Below, piece by piece: positions 33,151-43,501 of a stretch of 59,050 nt of DNA. Position numbers and translations under genes: made by a program. Position 1 is the first letter of the stretch. Every line of letters begins with the position of its first letter. The stretch is taken from the NCBI GenBank assembly GCA_031549365.1, contig JAVBPX010000002.1, positions 1 to 59,050 on the forward strand, written 5' to 3'. The notes under the pieces are model-generated. The model did no database searches. It saw only the letters and a program-made list of their open reading frames with translations, and was not told the origin of the DNA. Source of the stretch: Alphaproteobacteria bacterium (GTDB lineage: Bacteria; Pseudomonadota; Alphaproteobacteria; Rs-D84).

Positions 33151-34437
33151 TTAAGCTCCATTTGTAATTTTATTAAACATGAAAAGATCTTCTTGTCCTT
33201 TGTTTACATATTTTACATAGGTCTTTAGAAATATGCTCAGATCTATTAAACCATAATCACATTTCTTTTTTCTACAGAACAACTTTCCTCCGCAAAGCAA
33301 AAAATCTTTGCAATTCAAGCACTCTTGATCAAGACTATTTTTAGATTTCTTTTCTAAAAACACCTCCGAGACCATATCTATGTTATTCTTAATATCTTTT
33401 ATTTTCAAGTCTTTTTCCCATAAAAAATCAGCATTACATAAACCTATTGACCCATTTGAATAGATTTTTATATTATGATCCGTATACCCGTGACACGGAA
33501 ATCTTATTATTTTCGGTTGCGCATGAACTCTGAGGCCGTTAGAAATTAAAATATCTATTGCTTCTGATGAGTTCCAGCGGCGAAAATCATTCATTGATAA
33601 TAAATTTTTAAACCCGTTGCTAGACTCAAATTCTTCTAAATATGCAACCTCTACTATAATATCTGTACTTATGGCACTTATAAATTCTATAAATTTTCTA
33701 AAATCATTTATATTACTATGATCAACATTATACCTCAGGGACAAAGTAACCTTTTTAGATTTTATTAAACCAATTATACTTTTTATATTGTTAACAACTG
33801 CCTCAAAAGACGATTGCCCGTTCAACATCTTTCTTTTTCTATCATGATCCTCTCTTGAAGTTAGGGTGATTGAAATAAAGAGTTTTTCAAAAAAATCAAT
33901 AAAAGAGCTGTCCAGCAAAATACCGTTTGTTGTTATCGCTGCAGAAAATTCAATTTCATTATTTTTACATAATTTTTTAATTTTTTCATAACCATAAATT
34001 ACATTTTCTTTTGCTACTATTGGTTCCCCTCCAAAAATACTTAAACGACATTTTTTATATTTTTGTTTTTTAAAACAATTTTTTGCGTATTCATACAAAT
34101 CATCTAAGTGCTCTTTTGAAATATCTGACATTCTACCCCAAGCACTCTGATAACAATAAGGGCATCTTAAATTACATTTTTGAGTAAACTCCACTATTAA
34201 ATTCAATGTCTCGTTACTACTTTTATAAGACTCTATTATTTGATTTTGTATGGTTTCTTTGTCTAGAAAAAATTCAAGATTTTCTAAAATTTTGACATCA
34301 TTCATATCTAAATTCTTGAAATTTTCATACAAATGCCTTTTTTCTATTAAAATTATAGAACCATTGAATGAATTATAAAGAATTGCATTGTTTTGGTCAT
34401 ATTCTGTCCAAAAAGTATAGTGATTCAATTTATTCAT
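33151..34437 (-). CDS. Radical SAM/SPASM peptide maturase
   Basis: CNLRCPYC (CxxxCxxC), FGGEP, TTNG, Cys-rich C-terminus (C...C...CLNC...CGG..C...C), N-terminal RRE-like ILYNSFNGSII. Confidence 0.88.
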   Translation of the reverse strand: MNKLNHYTFWTEYDQNNAILYNSFNGSIILIEKRHLYENFKNLDMNDVKILENLEFFLDKETIQNQIIESYKSSNETLNLIVEFTQKCNLRCPYCYQSAWGRMSDISKEHLDDLYEYAKNCFKKQKYKKCRLSIFGGEPIVAKENVIYGYEKIKKLCKNNEIEFSAAITTNGILLDSSFIDFFEKLFISITLTSREDHDRKRKMLNGQSSFEAVVNNIKSIIGLIKSKKVTLSLRYNVDHSNINDFRKFIEFISAISTDIIVEVAYLEEFESSNGFKNLLSMNDFRRWNSSEAIDILISNGLRVHAQPKIIRFPCHGYTDHNIKIYSNGSIGLCNADFLWEKDLKIKDIKNNIDMVSEVFLEKKSKNSLDQECLNCKDFLLCGGKLFCRKKKCDYGLIDLSIFLKTYVKYVNKGQEDLFMFNKITNGA

Positions 34438-34559
34438 ATTATTAACCTCTAATGCCTATGAGATTAACATACCATACTAAAAAATGTCAATTTTTTATAC
34501 TTGCTTTAATTTATATTGAAAGATATTATAAAAAGACTAATAAAAGATGAGGAACAATT

Positions 34560-35960
34560 ATGAACCACCCTAGCATAAAGCTTTATAACACCCTGACCAG
34601 ACATGTCGATGAATTCAAACCAACAGACCTAAATAGCGTTGGGATATACACTTGTGGCCCAACGGTTTATTCGTATGCTCATGTTGGAAATATGCGCGGG
34701 ATGATTTTCTCTGGCGTTTTAACAAACATACTTCGGCATGCTGGTTATGACGTAAAATGGGTTGTTAATGTCACAGATGTGGGTCACTTGGCACATGATG
34801 CAGATGTTGGTGATGATAAAATGGAAAAATCCGCGGCGACAGCCGGCAAATCTGTTTGGGACATCGCTAAATTTTACGAAGATGCTTTTTGGAAAGACTG
34901 GGATTTGTTGAACATTGTTCGACCCGATTTTACCCCACACGCAACCAAATATATACAACAACAAATTGATTTCGTTCTTGAATTGGAAAAACGTGGATAC
35001 ACATATAAAACCGCGGACGGGATTTATTTTGACACATCAAAATACCCTGAATACACAAATTTATCCGGGATAAATATTGGAAAACAAAGTGCTGGGCACC
35101 GTATTGATATGGGAGATAAAAAAAATCCATCTGATTTTGCATTATGGAAATTTTCACCAACAAATGAACAGCGTCAAATGGAATGGAACAGCCCATGGGG
35201 CATTGGATTCCCTGGTTGGCATGTTGAATGTTCCGCAATGGGCACATCAATATTGGGAGATAAAATAGACATTCATACGGGAGGAGAAAATTTAGTTATG
35301 CCTCATCACTCTGCCGAATGCGCACAAAATTTTGGATATTATGGGCATGATGTTGTCCAACGTTGGATGCATTGGGGGCTATTGGTTTTAGACGGAAATG
35401 AAACCATGTCGAAATCTAGTGGAAATTCAATGTCTTTGCAAAACTTCATAGATCGCGGCATTGACCCGTTGGCATACCGTTATTTATGCTTGACCGCACA
35501 TTACCGTAAACAATTAATGTTTTCGGATGAAATTTTGTCGGCCGCTGCGACATCGTATAAAAATTTACGCAAACAAACATCCGCATTGGCCGGAATTCCA
35601 CCCGTTGCCGTTTTGTCGGATACCGCAAGTGCATTTTTGGATAAATTCGATGCTGCAATTTATGATGATTTGGCCACACCCGTTGCATTAACAGTATTGC
35701 GCGATGTATTGTCATCGGATTTATCGGATTCTGAACGTGCGACATTGGTTGCGGACTTTGATTCAGTATTTGGATTGAAATTATTGGACCCCGTTACGGT
35801 TGCCACAATACCAAACGAAATCACAGAATTGGCCGAGCGTCGTATGATCGCAAAAAAGTCCCGTGATTTTGCGACAGCCGATACATTGCGCGCCGAAATA
35901 ACCGCCGCTGGATACACCGTTATGGATACTGCGGACGGATTTAAAATTGAAAAAAATTAA
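34560..35960 (+). CDS. cysS: Cysteine--tRNA ligase
   Basis: YTCGPTVY..AHVGN, DFALWK, GFPGWHVECSAM, MSKS. Confidence 0.96.
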   Translation: MNHPSIKLYNTLTRHVDEFKPTDLNSVGIYTCGPTVYSYAHVGNMRGMIFSGVLTNILRHAGYDVKWVVNVTDVGHLAHDADVGDDKMEKSAATAGKSVWDIAKFYEDAFWKDWDLLNIVRPDFTPHATKYIQQQIDFVLELEKRGYTYKTADGIYFDTSKYPEYTNLSGINIGKQSAGHRIDMGDKKNPSDFALWKFSPTNEQRQMEWNSPWGIGFPGWHVECSAMGTSILGDKIDIHTGGENLVMPHHSAECAQNFGYYGHDVVQRWMHWGLLVLDGNETMSKSSGNSMSLQNFIDRGIDPLAYRYLCLTAHYRKQLMFSDEILSAAATSYKNLRKQTSALAGIPPVAVLSDTASAFLDKFDAAIYDDLATPVALTVLRDVLSSDLSDSERATLVADFDSVFGLKLLDPVTVATIPNEITELAERRMIAKKSRDFATADTLRAEITAAGYTVMDTADGFKIEKN

Positions 35961-35972
35961 TTGGTGATTAAT

Positions 35973-36170
35973 ATGGAGAAAGATTCATTCCATGACAGAA
36001 TCCAGATTATATTAATTATTGCTGGCGCGATTGCATTGGCTGTTTGGATGAATAATATCAGCAATAACCGATCCGATTCTAAACAAAAATCGGGCGACCG
36101 GGCAAAACCAAAATCCGAAACAATCAAAACATATCAAAATCAAGTTGTTCGCGACAGCATCCAACATTAA
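35973..36170 (+). CDS. Small hypothetical membrane protein
   Basis: Single TM segment, follows cysS, ends at a terminator. Confidence 0.55.
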   Translation: MEKDSFHDRIQIILIIAGAIALAVWMNNISNNRSDSKQKSGDRAKPKSETIKTYQNQVVRDSIQH

Positions 36171-36195
36171 AAAAACCGCCAATCGGCGGTTTTTT
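36170..36195. terminator. Bidirectional terminator
   Basis: AAAAAACCGCC-AATC-GGCGGTTTTTT. Confidence 0.75.
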
Positions 36196-36664
36196 ATTTT
36201 TCGTGTGATTTAACACGATTTGTAAGTTCATCCACATATTCCGTGCGATAATGTCTGCTGCCAGTTTCATTACCGTCCGCATCATACCCTTCGTGTACAT
36301 AGTATGATGCTGCGAATAATTGTTCCGTTGCATATCTTTGTTGGACCACATCTTTTGCTGTCCAGTTTTTTATTCGTCGTGATCTGGCTTTTTCGAATCG
36401 TCTGTTATTAAGAAACATAGATCCTTTAACCAAATCGGCATTTAAATATCCGTTTGCATTTTTGACCGAATCAAATACGGCCAACAAAGCAATATCATAT
36501 TCGCGCTTGTTTTGCTCTATGTTCTTGGGAGAAGCACATTTTAGTATTTTATCTTTTTTATTTTCATTTATTTTCGAAGAGATGTTCAAAACAGCAAGAG
36601 GAATTATAACAACAGCGAGGGGCAATACAAATGCTCGGACAACAGAATTTAAAGTTTTTTTCAT
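36194..36664 (-). CDS. Hypothetical protein with N-terminal TM/signal
   Basis: 156-aa ORF, GAGG RBS. Confidence 0.65.
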   Translation of the reverse strand: MKKTLNSVVRAFVLPLAVVIIPLAVLNISSKINENKKDKILKCASPKNIEQNKREYDIALLAVFDSVKNANGYLNADLVKGSMFLNNRRFEKARSRRIKNWTAKDVVQQRYATEQLFAASYYVHEGYDADGNETGSRHYRTEYVDELTNRVKSHEK

Positions 36665-36725
36665 TTTAAACCTCTAATTTCTTATAACGGTTTGATTGTA
36701 ATACAAAAATTTCAAATGTCAACTA

Positions 36726-38825
36726 TTACGCATTTATATAATTCATCGCATCAATTCGATCGAACAGTTTTAATAATTGCCGAATGGCCAAACCGCGTGC
36801 GGATTCCAATTTTGGGTCCGATTTAACCAATTCCATAGCATCATGTGCAGCATACCGAAACAAATCGCGATGTGCGCGATAATCAACAAAATGATACGGA
36901 ATCCATCCACTCTGTTTTGTGCCCAACATTTCGCCGTTTCCACGCATCATTAAATCGGATTCCGCAATTTCAAATCCATTATCAGTTTCGCACAAAATAT
37001 CCAAACGCTTTAAGCCATCCGGCGTTGTGTTCATGCCATACGTCAAAATACAGAACGATTGCGCCGATCCGCGCCCCACCCGGCCACGTAATTGGTGCAA
37101 TGCCGATAATCCAAAACGCCATGCATCTTCGATTACCATGATTGTTGCCTGGGGGACGTCGACACCAACCTCGATTACTGTTGTTGCGACCAAAATTTTA
37201 ATCGGCCCATTTGGGTCGGCAAATTGCGCCATGACCGCATCACGTTGTTTTTTATCCATTTGGCCGTGTGCCAATCCAACCACATCGCCAAAAATTTGAC
37301 GTAATACAGCATATCTATCCTCGGCCGCCATTAAATCCGACGTTTCACTTTCATTTACCAATGGACAAACCCAAAACACATGCGCGCCATTTGCTAATTC
37401 ATTTTTCATTCGTTCAATCAAGGTTGGAATTTTATCAGCCATTAATTTTGTTGTTTTAATCGGTATGCGACCAATTGGTTTTTGATCAATAACAGATATA
37501 TCCATATCGCCATACATAGTCATTGCCAATGTTCGCGGTATTGGCGTTGCAGATAACGATAAAACATCAACCATGTTGCCCTTGGCCGATAATTGCAAAC
37601 GCTGATTCACACCAAACCGATGCTGTTCATCAATAACAATTAAACCCAGATCGCGAAACACAACTTCGCCCTGAAACAACGCATGGGTTCCAATTAAAAT
37701 TTTTGTGCGCCCGGATGAAATTGATGTTAATTTTTCACGCCTGGTTTTGCCAGTATCGCGCCCCGTTAAAATATCACAAACAATTCCCAATTTATCGCAC
37801 ATTGGCTTTATTTTTTGGAAATGTTGCCCTGCCAAAACATCAGTTGGCGCCATAAATGCGCCCTGGGTGCCAGATTCAACCGCCACCAACAATGCAATTA
37901 ATGCAACAATTGTTTTGCCGGATCCAACATCACCCATAACCAATCGCATCATTTGTTCAGAATTTGCCATGTCGCGTAAAATATCATGAATAACGGCATC
38001 CTGGGCCATTGTTAATTGAAAAGGCAAATCTGCCAACACTTTATCAACCAAGCGGCCTGTTTTAATCATTTTGCGCCCGGGCACTGATTTTTTTTGAACA
38101 CGCGTTATTGCAATTGCAATCTGATGAGCCAACAATTCATCATAAGCCAAACGTTTGCGGGCAATACTTTCAGGATCCAGATCGGATTCCGAACTTGGTT
38201 TATGAACAACGCGCAGAGCATCACAAAAAGTCATATCATTTAATTGATTAACAACCATTTTATCCAGCCATTCCGGAAATTCTGGTAAATTTGGTAAAAT
38301 TTGATCACGAATTCCAGCCATTGTTTTTTGTGTTATGCCATCACACAATGGGTATATTGCCTGGAACGTTGGAATTTTATCGATGTTTTCCGATTCTTCG
38401 ATAAAGTCAGGATGATTCATAACCCACATATTATTTGATGCTTCTAATTTACCACTGATTGCACGATATGATCCAATTGGCATTTGACGAAACCAATAAT
38501 CAGCGTATTTCGCATTAAAAAATTGAATCGAAATTGGGGTTCCCATTTTATCAAACGCCAGCACACGCGCGGGTGCCCCGCGACCACGAAAAAAGCCTGC
38601 CGATTTGTGTGCACCAATCCGAACTGACACAGTAATAATATCGCCCGTCGTTGCGGATGATATGGAATCAACCATGCGCCGATTTTTAATATTAATCGGA
38701 CGATGAAACAAAAAGTTCAATACTGTGTGTCCGCCCAACAATCCCGATAAACGTTCAGACAATACCGGACCGACGCCACGAATGTATTGTAAATCTGTTG
38801 ATAAAAAATCCCGCTTCATTTCCAT
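36726..38825 (-). CDS. recG: ATP-dependent DNA helicase RecG
   Basis: GVGP, MRLVMGDVGSGKT, IDEQHRFG, SATPIPRTL, LHQLRGRVGRG; start approximate. Confidence 0.96.
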   Translation of the reverse strand: MEMKRDFLSTDLQYIRGVGPVLSERLSGLLGGHTVLNFLFHRPINIKNRRMVDSISSATTGDIITVSVRIGAHKSAGFFRGRGAPARVLAFDKMGTPISIQFFNAKYADYWFRQMPIGSYRAISGKLEASNNMWVMNHPDFIEESENIDKIPTFQAIYPLCDGITQKTMAGIRDQILPNLPEFPEWLDKMVVNQLNDMTFCDALRVVHKPSSESDLDPESIARKRLAYDELLAHQIAIAITRVQKKSVPGRKMIKTGRLVDKVLADLPFQLTMAQDAVIHDILRDMANSEQMMRLVMGDVGSGKTIVALIALLVAVESGTQGAFMAPTDVLAGQHFQKIKPMCDKLGIVCDILTGRDTGKTRREKLTSISSGRTKILIGTHALFQGEVVFRDLGLIVIDEQHRFGVNQRLQLSAKGNMVDVLSLSATPIPRTLAMTMYGDMDISVIDQKPIGRIPIKTTKLMADKIPTLIERMKNELANGAHVFWVCPLVNESETSDLMAAEDRYAVLRQIFGDVVGLAHGQMDKKQRDAVMAQFADPNGPIKILVATTVIEVGVDVPQATIMVIEDAWRFGLSALHQLRGRVGRGSAQSFCILTYGMNTTPDGLKRLDILCETDNGFEIAESDLMMRGNGEMLGTKQSGWIPYHFVDYRAHRDLFRYAAHDAMELVKSDPKLESARGLAIRQLLKLFDRIDAMNYINA

Positions 38826-38950
38826 AGCCAACATTATAGAACAAACGGCGAACAAAGTCAAAAACTTTGTTAACACATAAAAATATCTATATAAATACTT
38901 GACAATCAATTATTATCGACCATAATAACAGAGTAGAAACCGAGGATAAA

Positions 38951-39445
38951 ATGCCCAAACACCAAAAAGATTATTTCCAAGACCAAAAAGAAAATCTTGT
39001 ATTTTTACAAAAAAATTATAAATTGGACGGAACATGCCCTTATAAAGAACGCAAAGCAGAAAAAAAACGCAAGGAAGCTGAAAAACGAGCCGAAAAACGC
39101 GCAGCTGCCGCATTGGCAAAAAAACAGGCTCGCGACGACGCTCGTACCGCCCGTAATGAAAACAAGTTAAATAAATTAACCGAAAAACAAAACCGTACAA
39201 AACAAGCCGCGGATGATTCTGCAAAAAAACAAGCTGAAATAAAAAAATTACGCGATGATACTGCCGCTGAAAAATTAAAAAATGATGTGGAACGCGCAAA
39301 ACGGCGCGATGATGCCGCGAAAAAACGCCAAGAAAAAATTCGCCATAATAAAATCCAAATTAATGTTACAATATTATTGTTTTTGGCTGGGATAAAAATC
39401 ACTGCTCAAAATAAATGGAAAAAAATAACCGAAAATTACAGGTAA
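38951..39445 (+). CDS. Hypothetical Lys/Ala/Arg-rich coiled-coil protein
   Basis: GAGGA RBS; TTGACA..CATAAT-like promoter upstream. Confidence 0.65.
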   Translation: MPKHQKDYFQDQKENLVFLQKNYKLDGTCPYKERKAEKKRKEAEKRAEKRAAAALAKKQARDDARTARNENKLNKLTEKQNRTKQAADDSAKKQAEIKKLRDDTAAEKLKNDVERAKRRDDAAKKRQEKIRHNKIQINVTILLFLAGIKITAQNKWKKITENYR

Positions 39446-39449
39446 TAAA

Positions 39450-39728
39450 ATGAGTAAACGATCAGAACGCCGTCAATTAAATAAAAGAATACACGAATTA
39501 AAAATGATGACGGATCCTGGATATGCCGCAAAACAACGCGCAACCCAGAGGAACGTCGTCGGTTGCAGACGCGCGTTATCAAAATTAATATTATTGGGGG
39601 CGATTGCCTGTTTGTTAATTCAAAACGTTCGCAGCGCACGCGAAATTAATAAATTGGGACAAGCTATTGAAAATCTAGAAAAATCAATCGATGAATTAAA
39701 TAAAAAGCAATACGAATATTACCGTTAA
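39450..39728 (+). CDS. Hypothetical protein (one TM, coiled coil)
   Basis: Follows the previous ORF by 4 nt; terminator hairpin at 39727-39760. Confidence 0.6.
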   Translation: MSKRSERRQLNKRIHELKMMTDPGYAAKQRATQRNVVGCRRALSKLILLGAIACLLIQNVRSAREINKLGQAIENLEKSIDELNKKQYEYYR

Positions 39729-39759
39729 AAAAATCCCGAAACTTATTCGGGACTTTTTT

Positions 39760-41550
39760 TTAACGATCAATATAATGAACTACAATCTTTGGTCGTTTAA
39801 ATCGGCCAATAATTGGACGCAATGTCGAATTAACAGCACGATTAATTGCCTGGGTCAATTGTTCGCGCGATTTTCTTTCGGCTTTGGTCAAATCGTCCAT
39901 ACCCTTGGTAATTGCGATTTGAATTTGACGTTTGATTAATCCTGTTTCATCCGTTTCAAAAATTCCTGTGGATGATACTTCGGGAACGCCTTTTAAATAA
40001 CCACGGTTATCAACAGGCACCGTTACAAATACAGCGCCGTTTAACATCACTTTTTTGCGGGCAGAAAATACAGGATCGTTGCCTGCGTATTCTTTGGTCC
40101 CCTCTAGGATAATGGATCCTGTGTGAATTGTTTCTGTTACCCATGGCGCACTGTCGCGCTGTAACGCCAATACTTCACCATTATGAATCACAGACATATG
40201 CTTTGCCCCGCCAACGTCCATTGCCATTTTTGCGTGTAACATTTCACCAATATATTCTCCATGCATCGGAATAACAATTTGTGGATGAACCATTTCATAA
40301 AAACGCTTGTATTCCGGCGCACCGGCATGACCACTGGCGTGCAATTTATCTGTATCGAAAATTGTTTTTGTGTGAACGCCCTTTTGCGCCAATTTATTAT
40401 ACAAAAACGAAACAGCTTTTTCATTACCCGGAATAATGATTGCTGAAAATATAACCAAATCCGTTGGCATCAATTTCATTTCTTTGACTTCATCTTTGCA
40501 TAAACGATCCAACATTGAATATTGTTCACCCTGGGTCCCTGTTACAACCACAACAACGTCTTTGCCCGGTCGATCCGTAATATCGTCATACAATTTGTAG
40601 TCTTTTTTATCCAGATAGCCCAAATCAATCCCAATTGCCAAAAATTCTTCCAATGAACGTCCCTTAATTGCGGCTTGGCGACCCGCTGCACGGGCGGCAT
40701 TGGCGATTGCTTTTAACCTGGCAATGGACCTGGAATAACACGTAACAATAACACGAGCCGGGGCATCTTTGAAGATTCCAGTCATGGTTTCTTGGACTTC
40801 GACTTCGGTCGTTTGAACGGCTTGGCGTGAAACGGATGTTGAATCGCCGACAACCGCCAATAAATCTGGATCGGATCCAACTTGTTTTAATTTTGCATAA
40901 TCAGTCGAAGGCTCGATTAACATTTCATCATTAAATGTCCAATCGCCTGTATGCAAAATTTTACCCTGGGCCGTTTTAATGATCAACATATTTGCTTCGG
41001 GCACAGAATGCGACACGTGAAAAGTTTCAATATCAAAGGGCCCTATTTTTAAATTTGCCCCATTGTGATCGAATACTTGGAAATCATATGGTTCGGGGAT
41101 CCCCATTTCGATAAAGTCGGTTCGCAGCGCAGCTTCGACAAATCTGGTACAATAAACTGGACATCGTAATTTTCCCCAAATATGTTTTATGGCTCCAATA
41201 TGGTCTTCGTGTCCGTGGGTAATCAAAATTCCTAAAATATCCTCTTTTTTATCATCCAACCAAGATGTATCTGGATATTTTGTATCGGCGCCTTCGTGGG
41301 CATCTTCCAAAAATCCCATCCCGGCATCAACGATTAAATATTTGCCCATGTATTGGTAAATATACATATTCATACCAACATGTTCCAAACCGCCCAATGC
41401 GACAAAATAAACATTTTTATCGTCCGGATCGAATGCTTTTTTTGGCGTTTTTGACACAACACCCTTTTTCCCAGGAACAGCATTTTTTGTTGGTTTATTT
41501 GCGGGCTGTCCAGTTTGTTTATTTGCTTTTTTCTTTAATATTTCAAACAT
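39760..41550 (-). CDS. rnj: Ribonuclease J
   Basis: LGGL..VGMN, THGHEDHIGA, HSVPE, HTGDW, HASGHA, PMHGE; start moved to MFEIL. Confidence 0.93.
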   Translation of the reverse strand: MFEILKKKANKQTGQPANKPTKNAVPGKKGVVSKTPKKAFDPDDKNVYFVALGGLEHVGMNMYIYQYMGKYLIVDAGMGFLEDAHEGADTKYPDTSWLDDKKEDILGILITHGHEDHIGAIKHIWGKLRCPVYCTRFVEAALRTDFIEMGIPEPYDFQVFDHNGANLKIGPFDIETFHVSHSVPEANMLIIKTAQGKILHTGDWTFNDEMLIEPSTDYAKLKQVGSDPDLLAVVGDSTSVSRQAVQTTEVEVQETMTGIFKDAPARVIVTCYSRSIARLKAIANAARAAGRQAAIKGRSLEEFLAIGIDLGYLDKKDYKLYDDITDRPGKDVVVVVTGTQGEQYSMLDRLCKDEVKEMKLMPTDLVIFSAIIIPGNEKAVSFLYNKLAQKGVHTKTIFDTDKLHASGHAGAPEYKRFYEMVHPQIVIPMHGEYIGEMLHAKMAMDVGGAKHMSVIHNGEVLALQRDSAPWVTETIHTGSIILEGTKEYAGNDPVFSARKKVMLNGAVFVTVPVDNRGYLKGVPEVSSTGIFETDETGLIKRQIQIAITKGMDDLTKAERKSREQLTQAINRAVNSTLRPIIGRFKRPKIVVHYIDR

Positions 41551-41560
41551 ATTTTTCCTT

Positions 41561-43348
41561 TTAGTTTTTATTTTTTGCCACATCGCCAATTACTGCCTTG
41601 ATTCGACGAACGCCAGCTGATGAACTTTCTTCTTTTTGAATTTTAAATGCACCCAATTCGGATGTATTTTTTGCATGCGGCCCGCCACAAATTTCCATTG
41701 AAAATTCGCCCATTTTATATACTTTGACCGCGTCACCGTATTTATCGTCAAAAATTCCTTCGGCACCTAATGCTTTGGCCTCGGCCACGGACATTTCGGA
41801 ACATATGATATCGGCGGCGGCAGAAATTGCATCATTCACCAATTGTTCCACGCGCGCGATTTCATCATCCGTCATTTTGCGATCAAACGAAAAATCAAAG
41901 CGCAAACGTTCTGCATTTATGTTACTGCCACGCTGATGAACAGAATCGCCCAATACACGACGCAATGCATTATTCAATAAATGTGTCGCTGTGTGCAATT
42001 TTGCGGTTTCTTCGCTGTTGTCGGCCAAGCCACCCTTGAATTTTTGTGCGGCACCTGCGCGGGATTTTTCCTGGTGTTCCGAAAACAATTTATAAAACCC
42101 TTGTGTATCAACTGAAAATCCGCGTTCCGTTGCCAATTCTTGGGTGAATTCCAACGGGAATCCAAATGTATCATATAAACGGAATGCGTCGGACGCGGCC
42201 AATTGTCTGGATGTTGCCGCATCCAAATATTTATTTGCGATTTTCAATCCGGAATCCAGGGTTCGACTGAACAATTCTTCTTCGCGATCAAATTGCGATA
42301 TGACAAAATCATGATTACGATTTAATTCAGGATATGCATCGCTGTAATTTTTAATTATAATTTCTGCAATTGTTGACATCGATTTTGCCGGAGCATTCAT
42401 CCCATTTAAATAACGATACGCACGACGGATTAATCGACGCAGGACATACCCCTGATCCACATTGGATGGGGAAACCCCCTTGTCATCACCCAAAATAAAC
42501 GTCGATGCACGTAAATGATCCGAAATTACCCGGTATTGCAATTGGTTTTTTTCTTCGTATTTTGTTCCTGTTAATTCCTGAATTTTTTCAATAATTGGCG
42601 CAAATAATTCCGTATCAAAAACAGTCGGGACATTATTCATTATTGCCAAAACACGTTCCAACCCCAATCCTGTATCCACGTTTTTCTGATCCAATTTTGA
42701 AAAATTTCCGTCCGCATCTTTGTTGTATTGCATGAATACATTATTCCAAATTTCCGTATACTTTCCACAATCACACGCAGGACCGCAATCAACGCAACAT
42801 TTTGGCTTTCCGTTATCAAAAAATATTTCTGTATCCGGTCCACACGGCCCTGTTGTTCCCGCGGGCCCCCACCAATTTTCTTTTTTTGGATAAAAATATA
42901 TCCGTTCGTCCGGATACCCTAAACCGCGCCAAATATTTGCACTTTCGTCATCACGAGGCACAGAATCATCACCCAAAAAACAAGTTACTGAAATTTTTTC
43001 CATTGGAATATTTAAATATTTGGTCAAAAATTCATGACTTAATTCAATAGATTCTTTTTTGAAATAATCGCCCAACGACCAATTGCCCAACATTTCAAAA
43101 AAAGTTAAATGGGATGCGTCACCGACCGCATCAATATCGCCAGTACGCAAGCATTTTTGGCAACTGACCAATCGTTTTCCCAATGGATGTTTTTCACCCA
43201 ACAAATATGGAACCAGTGGATGCATCCCGGCGGTTGTAAATAAAACCGATGGATCATTTTCGGGTATCAATGATGCCGATGCGATTTGTTTATGTCCACG
43301 TTCGATGAAAAAATTTATAAACAGTTGTCTTAATTCATTTGCCTTCAT
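41561..43348 (-). CDS. alaS: Alanine--tRNA ligase (short form without C-Ala domain)
   Basis: LFTTAGMHPL, HLTFFEMLGNWSLGDYFK, GPCGPDTEI, HTATHLL, CGGPH, GVRRIKA. Confidence 0.96.
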   Translation of the reverse strand: MKANELRQLFINFFIERGHKQIASASLIPENDPSVLFTTAGMHPLVPYLLGEKHPLGKRLVSCQKCLRTGDIDAVGDASHLTFFEMLGNWSLGDYFKKESIELSHEFLTKYLNIPMEKISVTCFLGDDSVPRDDESANIWRGLGYPDERIYFYPKKENWWGPAGTTGPCGPDTEIFFDNGKPKCCVDCGPACDCGKYTEIWNNVFMQYNKDADGNFSKLDQKNVDTGLGLERVLAIMNNVPTVFDTELFAPIIEKIQELTGTKYEEKNQLQYRVISDHLRASTFILGDDKGVSPSNVDQGYVLRRLIRRAYRYLNGMNAPAKSMSTIAEIIIKNYSDAYPELNRNHDFVISQFDREEELFSRTLDSGLKIANKYLDAATSRQLAASDAFRLYDTFGFPLEFTQELATERGFSVDTQGFYKLFSEHQEKSRAGAAQKFKGGLADNSEETAKLHTATHLLNNALRRVLGDSVHQRGSNINAERLRFDFSFDRKMTDDEIARVEQLVNDAISAAADIICSEMSVAEAKALGAEGIFDDKYGDAVKVYKMGEFSMEICGGPHAKNTSELGAFKIQKEESSSAGVRRIKAVIGDVAKNKN

Positions 43349-43501
43349 TTTATTTTCCAATTATTTTTAAAATATTAATATATTTCATTTTCAATTTTTT
43401 GCCCACAGATTATAAAGCAAAAACAGAAAAAAAGCAAGAACCATAAACAAAATCCCCGGATCACACAGTGCCGGGGATTTGCATGTGGAATGTCCGTATT
43501 T

